Shown: one piece after another, positions 26,775 to 32,000 of the stretch
Layout of the letters: each line of letters begins with the position of its first letter
Numbering within the stretch: position 1 is the first letter of the stretch
From: Planctopirus limnophila DSM 3776
GTDB lineage: Bacteria; Planctomycetota; Planctomycetia; Planctomycetales; Planctomycetaceae
Reading direction: 5' to 3'
DNA: 32,000 bases
Assembly (NCBI RefSeq): GCF_000092105.1
Contig: NC_014148.1
Span: 4,410,001-4,442,000 of the forward strand
Translations under genes and position numbers: made by a program
Notes under the pieces: generated by a model
Told to the model about the DNA's origin: nothing
Databases searched by the model: none
What the model saw: the letters and a program-made list of their open reading frames with translations, nothing else

Positions 26775-28529
26775 CTACTCATCTGCGCCGTTTGATTCTG
26801 CTGTTTTTGCCGGTTTTTCAGCGATTTTCTGATTGTGAGCTCGGATCATCCGGGCAATCTCCGGATCTTCAAAACCCGGATTTTCAATCCCTACAGGATC
26901 ACATGAACCTAAGGCCCACAAGTAGGCGACGGGGATTTTCCAGGGAGATTTTTGATCGGCAAGAAACCTTAAAAATGCGTCGTGAACCTGCCGGCGGTAC
27001 GCGGTGTACTCTGAATTTGTCCACGGGTTTTCAGAAATCTTCATCGTCATCGCCCAGGGAGTGCGGGCAATGTGCTCGACTTTTTCGGCGGGGTGCACCA
27101 CTTTTCCCCCATCGAGCATGCCCGATCCACCCACACCAAACTCGGTCACAACGAGCGGTTTATTGCGAGGCAAAGGGGCTCCCAGAGCTTGCATTTCGGA
27201 ATCCAGATAAAGGAGGTGGCCCAGAAAATCCTCAGGAGTCGCGGGAATTTCGAGATCTTTATAGAGAGAGACCCCCAGGAAATCGCACGTTTGCCACAGC
27301 CGGGCGAGTTCAGCACCCTGAGCTTCGCTATAGGGAACTTTCCCGCGATTAAAGGTGTGGTTGAGGCCAATCCCCAATTGGAGGTTGTTCAGTTTCGAGG
27401 CGGCTCGCAGACGTTCGATCACAGTGATCCACGCTTGGGGATAACGGGTAATCGTCGTCCCCATCTCACCAGTAATCGAAAACCGGACGGGCCAATCGGG
27501 AGGGACTGATTCGTTCAAAGCCTGGATGACCGCCAGCGGCCCGACATCGACATATGCCTGATTTTCGCAAGGGATTAGCGGATCGAAATCGAAATCATTC
27601 CGCCAGACGTACACCGGGCCGCTGGTATTCACGTGGAGCAGAATCGCAATTTCGAGCTGCTTTTCGACCGCACGGGCAAAGGCTGTTTTCATCCACGTTT
27701 GAAAGTCAGCAGCCGTCTGCCCTTCAAGAGGCTTGAGGATGTCTTTTTTCCAATCGGGAGGCTGAGGGAATCGCAGACCCCAGCGCTGCACCCGCTGGTT
27801 TTCGTCCAGCTCGCATTGAATCCCAATCGCAAATTCGACAGCTGGACTCCCCACTTCGGCGATGCGATCCACAGATTTTGGTGCACGCTTCATCTGATCG
27901 GGATAACCCATATGACAGGTGAATCCCAATGGTGCAAGAGGCCCACTGACCTGACTTCCCGCCAGTTTGACGAGGCGGAGTTGCTGTAAATCGGTGAACC
28001 GTGAGCCTGTTTCTTCTGGGGTTTGGTGCGACGATTGAGCCGCCTGGGTTGTGGATGAAGTGGCATTGGGATCAATCCAACCCAGTACGATGCGTACAGG
28101 CTGCACACCGGCTTTGGCAGGAAAGCGGCCCAGATAGGTGCAGGCACTGTGGGGTTCGGGGTGCGTTTTTCGAGTGGTTTCTCCCAAAGTGGACTTCAGT
28201 TGGAGCTTGGCATTGCCCACCGTTCCATCAAGAACCAGAGCATAATCGCCATCCTCAGGAATGTCGGCCTCGATGACGAGGGCATCTCCGACGTTTTGCC
28301 AGAGCCTGGACTTCATCGAAGTGTGCGGATCTGCTCCATGAGGAGTCGTGACTGCTGAAGCCGAGAGATCCAAAGGCTGATCGATGGTCAATCGAGATTC
28401 GGGCTGAGTTGCACGGAACTCGTTCGATCCGCAACCAGACAAAACCACACTGAAGATCATCGATAACAAACAGGCAAAACTGTTCCAGGGAACGAACCAT
28501 GGATCTTTGCGTTGAATTCCTGTGAACAT
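26775..28529 (-). CDS. hypothetical lipoprotein, possibly a TIM-barrel glycoside-hydrolase-like enzyme
   Basis: The ATG at 28529 is preceded by GGGGGGGAG; the start at 28547 in the ORF track is a TTG. The lipobox is VVLSGC. VVTEFGVGG resembles a clan GH-A nucleophile strand, but this is weak and is an inference only. Confidence 0.75.
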   Translation of the reverse strand: MFTGIQRKDPWFVPWNSFACLLSMIFSVVLSGCGSNEFRATQPESRLTIDQPLDLSASAVTTPHGADPHTSMKSRLWQNVGDALVIEADIPEDGDYALVLDGTVGNAKLQLKSTLGETTRKTHPEPHSACTYLGRFPAKAGVQPVRIVLGWIDPNATSSTTQAAQSSHQTPEETGSRFTDLQQLRLVKLAGSQVSGPLAPLGFTCHMGYPDQMKRAPKSVDRIAEVGSPAVEFAIGIQCELDENQRVQRWGLRFPQPPDWKKDILKPLEGQTAADFQTWMKTAFARAVEKQLEIAILLHVNTSGPVYVWRNDFDFDPLIPCENQAYVDVGPLAVIQALNESVPPDWPVRFSITGEMGTTITRYPQAWITVIERLRAASKLNNLQLGIGLNHTFNRGKVPYSEAQGAELARLWQTCDFLGVSLYKDLEIPATPEDFLGHLLYLDSEMQALGAPLPRNKPLVVTEFGVGGSGMLDGGKVVHPAEKVEHIARTPWAMTMKISENPWTNSEYTAYRRQVHDAFLRFLADQKSPWKIPVAYLWALGSCDPVGIENPGFEDPEIARMIRAHNQKIAEKPAKTAESNGADE

Positions 28530-28680
28530 CGTCAGCTCCCCCCCCAAAAACCACCCTCAACCCTCAAATTGACTGTAAAGGAGGGGAGGGACAGGTGTCC
28601 ACAAACAAAGTGGGTGTAGGCTCGAGAGGCGAAATCTTCTCCCGGTTAATACAGACACAAATCCAGAATGCTGTCGGTCG

Positions 28681-29196
28681 TCAGCCGTTGCCGGGGCTGA
28701 GTTCGCGCGACATCCAGAAGCCAGGCTCATTGGCATACTGATGAGGGCTGATGGTGCGGAAACCAAAACGTTCCCACAAAGGCCACGAATCGCGAACAGC
28801 CACCAATGTCAACTTTTGCCAGCCTGCCTGTTGAGCTTCTTCCGAGATGCGATTCACCAGGTAAGTGGCCAGCTTCTGTCCACGGAAGGTGGGTGCCACG
28901 GCCACATCATGCACATGCAGCACATTGCATTCCGCAGGCAATTCCCAGTCATCAGCGTGCAAAGGAGGCGGGGCGGCATCATGCCAGGGATGAGCAATGG
29001 CATAGCTGACCAATAGTCCGAACTCCTCATCTCGATGACCAAACGCGATCGGGGCGCGGCCGTATGCATCGGAAAGAGCCAGTTTTTTGCGAAAGACATC
29101 GCCAGATTCACAGAATTCCGCGGGATAAACGAGAGCTTGCACTTCGGCAATCTGCGCGACATCAACAGGTGCTAAAGGCAATAAAGAAAAAGACAT
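28681..29196 (-). CDS. GNAT-family N-acetyltransferase
   Basis: The ATG at 29196 gives 171 aa. HVHDVAVAPTFRGQKLATYLVNRISEEAQQAG is the GNAT motif A (acetyl-CoA binding, Q/RxxGxG/A-like). Confidence 0.85.
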   Translation of the reverse strand: MSFSLLPLAPVDVAQIAEVQALVYPAEFCESGDVFRKKLALSDAYGRAPIAFGHRDEEFGLLVSYAIAHPWHDAAPPPLHADDWELPAECNVLHVHDVAVAPTFRGQKLATYLVNRISEEAQQAGWQKLTLVAVRDSWPLWERFGFRTISPHQYANEPGFWMSRELSPGNG

Positions 29197-29407
29197 AGAA
29201 AGAAATCCAGTGCTGGCGATGAAGCTGGCGCATGATCCAGAGCAACTTGACAGACCATCGAATACGGTAGAGGTCAACCTCTCTGATCTCCGCAAAGAGT
29301 TCCTCGTATTATTGTCTCAGCAGTCAATACTGTCGAAGGTTCTCGATCTTTCCAGGTTTTATCTTCCAGAGCACATGGCGCTTGAGAATATGTTACTATC
29401 AGTTTGA

Positions 29408-29806
29408 CTCTGGAGAAGAGGCAGGCAATCGCTGCATGCGGCAAAACACAGTTCTGTGATTTGTTCGTGATGGAGAGGAAAGTCCGGGCTCCTTAGGAGG
29501 CGGCGGTGGATAACGTCCACCATCCGTGAGGATCGGGAAAGTGCCACAGAAAAGATACCGCCTCCAGTTCGCTGGGGGTAAGGGTGAAATGGTGCGGTAA
29601 GAGCGCACCGCAGTCTGGGTGACCAGACTGGCAGGGCAAACCCCGCCGGGAGCAAGACCAAGCAGGACGGAATTCAGCTTCACGCTGATCCAGATCTCTC
29701 CGATCTGGCCTCACCGTCCGGGTCGGTTGCAGGAGACGGTTGGCAACAATCGTCCTAGAGAAATGATTGCCCACGACAGAACCCGGCTTACGCAGCTTCT
29801 CCAGAG
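29408..29806 (+). ncRNA. rnpB: RNase P RNA, bacterial type A
   Basis: Universally conserved blocks are present: GAGGAAAGTCCGGGCTCC (P4 5' strand), GGGAAAGTGCCACAGAAA, GGTAAGGGTGAAATGGTGCGGTAAGAGCGCACC and ACAGAACCCGGCTTA (P4 3' strand). The terminal P1 pairs CTCTGGAGAAG (29408-29418) with CTTCTCCAGAG (29796-29806). A TACTAT -10-like hexamer at 29394-29399 fits the predicted 5' end. Confidence 0.93.
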
Positions 29807-30171
29807 TCCCTGTATAATCCAAGCCTCTTGGTTACTTCAGATTAATGTCGCAGGAAAAATTTTCCGTGAATCGGCAGTTTTTTCCGGATTTTCTACTAAA
29901 ATCTTGGAAAATCTCGTAAACCTTACAAGGGAACGGGTACGTTTACTAATGCAGGATGAATCGATGGAATGCGATGAGTCCTGAGGCTTGGGACCGGGGT
30001 GCTGGAATGTACACCGATCCAAGGATAAGTGATCGGCTAATGAATTGTTTTCATTCACTGTGAACTTATTGAGCGGCTGGCATAAAGGAGTGCTGGCCAC
30101 TGCCTGCAACACAACCGCTGTGGTCATGTTTTGCAGGTAACAATGTTTGAATGTCGGACAAGGAGGTTAAG

Positions 30172-30414
30172 ATGCTCGTATTATCAAGAAAAGCTGGCGA
30201 GTCACTGCTGATCGGCCAAGGACTTCTGGGCGAAGGGATTCAGGTCACTGTTGTCGCTGTCCAAGGCAACCGTGTGCGGCTCGGGATTACTGCACCCGCT
30301 GAAGTCAGCATTCGACGGCAAGAAATTGTCCTCGATCTGCCAGAGGTCGAACACTTGAGTGGAAGCTGTGACTTGGGAATTGAATCTCATAGTCGCACAC
30401 CAGAACTCGTCTAG
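30172..30414 (+). CDS. csrA: carbon storage regulator CsrA
   Basis: MLVLSRKAGESLLIG...IQVTVVAVQGNRVRLGITAPAEVSIRRQEI is the CsrA signature. The ATG at 30172 is preceded by a perfect AAGGAGG at 30160-30166, so the 30151 start in the ORF track is less likely. Confidence 0.92.
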   Translation: MLVLSRKAGESLLIGQGLLGEGIQVTVVAVQGNRVRLGITAPAEVSIRRQEIVLDLPEVEHLSGSCDLGIESHSRTPELV

Positions 30415-30680
30415 TGACGACTTGTGTCCATCTTGCTGTTAGGAACTTTTGGCCATTTGGCCATACTTCAGTTCGTACTGGGGATCGGGTGCACGGTTGA
30501 GTTTGTCAAAGGCAAAATACTGCCAGTCAACATCTCTCGCCTTCTCGATTTCCGTTTCACAAGCTAGTGGCACTTATCAACTGCTGAATTCACATGAACC
30601 ATGACATAGAAAGACAGTAATCGCTGGCAGCGAGGTCGAGTTGTTTTCGTCGGCCGATAAGCTCATTAAAATTTAAGTCA

Positions 30681-30714
30681 AGCCCCCGAAATTAGACGGG
30701 GGCTTTCTTTTTTT
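30681..30714 (+). terminator. strong intrinsic terminator, possibly bidirectional
   Basis: AGCCCCCG-AAATTAGA-CGGGGGCT followed by TTCTTTTTTT. It lies about 270 nt after the csrA stop and 30 nt beyond the stop of the minus-strand methyltransferase gene. The minus-strand side is followed by TTGACTTAAATTTT. Confidence 0.7.
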
Positions 30715-30743
30715 CAGGCATCACTCTATGTGCCGGCATCACT

Positions 30744-31508
30744 CTACGCAGGCTTCACACCGCGGAACCATTTTTGCCGCAAAGTACCACACGACGTGAT
30801 CTGCTCGAAGCCAATTTCTTTGAGCCACTGGCAAACATCGGCAGCAGGGTGTACCAGTCGGCGAAAATCAGGATGCGTCGGCCATCCGCGCCACTGGGTA
30901 ATCCCGCAGGCATAGAGCCAGTCACGAAGTTTGAACCCCACTCGGGTTCTGGCACTGATCGGCTCGCAGTTCAATTGAAAAACCAGTTCTCCACCAGGCG
31001 CCAGAACTTCGAAGGCATCTGCAAAATAAGTTTTCAACAGCGGAACTGGGACATAGTAGAGCACTTCGTACGAAAAAACGGTTTGCAGAGCATGCCCCTG
31101 CTGCCGAGAGACAGCCAATGCACTTCTCAGTTCATTAGTCACCAGTCGCTGACCATCGAGCAGATAGTAGTCTATGTTTGCCAGTGTCTGTTTCTTGCGT
31201 GCCTCTTCCAGCAACTTCTGGGCGATATCGACAGCGAACACATGCCGGGTTCGACGAGCCAGAGCATGTGACAACCGGCCCACACCGCAACCAATTTCGA
31301 GCACGTCGCCCTGGTTGTCGAGATTCATCCCGCCGACGGCGAACGCATCGACCAGATCATGTTCAGCCGAATCGACGATCTCATTCCAAGAGGCATCCTT
31401 CGAGATCAGCTTGTCCATCGATGTCGGACCCTGCTCAAAATAAGCCCGATCCCACCATTCCGAAGAACTCTTCCGTTTGTCGGCAACTGCATCAATCGCT
31501 ATCGACAT
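30744..31508 (-). CDS. class I SAM-dependent methyltransferase
   Basis: 254 aa. VLEIGCGVGRLSHALARRTRHVFAVDIAQKLL is SAM-binding motif I plus the post-I acidic residue. LAPGGELVF is the motif II/III region. Confidence 0.88.
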   Translation of the reverse strand: MSIAIDAVADKRKSSSEWWDRAYFEQGPTSMDKLISKDASWNEIVDSAEHDLVDAFAVGGMNLDNQGDVLEIGCGVGRLSHALARRTRHVFAVDIAQKLLEEARKKQTLANIDYYLLDGQRLVTNELRSALAVSRQQGHALQTVFSYEVLYYVPVPLLKTYFADAFEVLAPGGELVFQLNCEPISARTRVGFKLRDWLYACGITQWRGWPTHPDFRRLVHPAADVCQWLKEIGFEQITSCGTLRQKWFRGVKPA

Positions 31509-31727
31509 GCTTCATTCCTTGTCAGGTGACGTTTCGCCAGTCATCAAGTTTCATGACGATCACATTGACAATGAATATGCAGTTGGAAGCTTTCGATTTC
31601 TTCAGTTTTACCTCGAAGGGCACCATTTCCGCTGTGCAGAAAAGCAACATCTTGTCACGACTGCTACAGGCCCAACTCCACAGGCTGTATTTTCAGTTAT
31701 CTGCATCTATTTCCTGATGCAAAGGCT

Positions 31728-31770
31728 GGAAAACGAGAAAAGCCCGCAGCAGTGAATCACTGTTGCGGGC
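31728..31770 (-). terminator. intrinsic terminator of the partial gene at the right edge
   Basis: The minus strand reads GCCCGCAACAGTG-ATT-CACTGCTGCGGGC (13 bp stem with one G-U pair) followed by TTTTCTCGTTTTCC. It lies 47 nt after the stop at 31817. Confidence 0.65.
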
Positions 31771-31816
31771 CGGCCATTCTCGGATTTCTCTCCTCAAGAG
31801 GAGAGTCAATCATGCA

Positions 31817-32000
31817 TTACCAGTTGTTCGGGCTGAGGAACCACCACCACTTGTCGGTGCGTGAGCGGAACTTCAAGTTCCAGTATCCATCATCCCATTC
31901 CAGGCTGGCCTTACGCCATCCCAGTGGAACTTGAGGATATGGATAGAACGGTCCAATGTAAGGGAAGGCACTGGCACTGTACTGCTGTGGGTAAGTCACG
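31817..32000 (-). CDS. C-terminal end of an unidentified protein (the gene continues past the right edge)
   Basis: The reverse frame is open from the window edge to the stop at 31817. It ends ...FPYIGPFYPYPQVPLGWRKASLEWDDGYWNLKFRSRTDKWWWFLSPNNW and is followed by a good terminator. The apparent start at 31999 is a GTG next to the edge and is probably internal. I recognise no family. Confidence 0.45.
   Translation of the reverse strand, partial: VTYPQQYSASAFPYIGPFYPYPQVPLGWRKASLEWDDGYWNLKFRSRTDKWWWFLSPNNW

Noticed and set aside
28681-29407. The GNAT gene as the toxin of a GNAT/RHH type II toxin-antitoxin pair
   Set aside because: There is no small antitoxin-like ORF upstream or downstream on the same strand. 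The upstream space is occupied by the rnpB promoter region.
29359-29984. ORFs 29359-29661(-), 29399-29683(-), 29493-29822(-) and 29619-29984(+)
   Set aside because: They overlap the RNase P RNA gene, whose conserved P4, J11/12 and P1 elements are unambiguous. These are structured-RNA artefact ORFs.
30415-30680. A CsrB/RsmZ-like sponge RNA downstream of csrA
   Set aside because: I count only two GGA triplets on the + strand here, far fewer than expected for a Csr decoy. The GGA enrichment is upstream of csrA instead.
31477-31755. 92 aa + strand ORF between the methyltransferase start and the right-edge terminator
   Set aside because: It overlaps the methyltransferase start codon. Its third-codon positions are A/T-rich, unlike neighbouring genes, and it has no SD or motifs. 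This is more likely a promoter or 5' UTR region.

Overview
Moderately GC-rich bacterial chromosomal segment. The gene content suggests a Planctomycetota-like genome, but this is an inference with no database check. It rests on the many signal-peptide or lipoprotein ORFs, a formylglycine-type sulfatase, and long P/A/T-rich, D/E-rich and coiled-coil proteins. I support about 22 protein genes plus one RNA gene (RNase P RNA, 29408-29806). Recognisable housekeeping genes are gmd, the hisC-hisB pair, a LUD/LutC-like protein, a HAL2-type 3'(2'),5'-bisphosphate nucleotidase next to a sulfatase, rhaB, asnB, lhgO, a CAP-domain protein, a GNAT acetyltransferase, csrA and a SAM methyltransferase. I found no tRNA, rRNA, CRISPR array, transposase, integrase or recognisable defence or toxin-antitoxin module, so this looks like core chromosome rather than an island. 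Six things are worth a second look. (1) A roughly 31-36 nt palindromic REP-like repeat occurs six times in intergenic positions between 10.2 and 20.0 kb. (2) A DnaA paralog has only domains III-IV and sits behind a 700 bp non-coding region that contains a near-consensus sigma-54-type promoter and a repeated TTGATCGG motif. (3) A very acidic protein has an N-terminal HTH and a C-terminal membrane anchor. Its six DSGLSLDxG peptide repeats (three identical units; the others differ only at the variable x position, and the last ends in Ala instead of Gly) are encoded with scrambled synonymous codons. (4) A membrane protein with an anti-sigma-like N-terminus sits directly upstream, on the same strand, of a gene for a roughly 540 aa continuous coiled coil. 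(5) The leader upstream of csrA is GGA-rich, and a strong orphan terminator lies about 270 nt downstream of csrA. (6) An exported BON-domain protein carries a G/N/Q/F-rich low-complexity region. All functional calls come from motif recognition by eye and are unverified.
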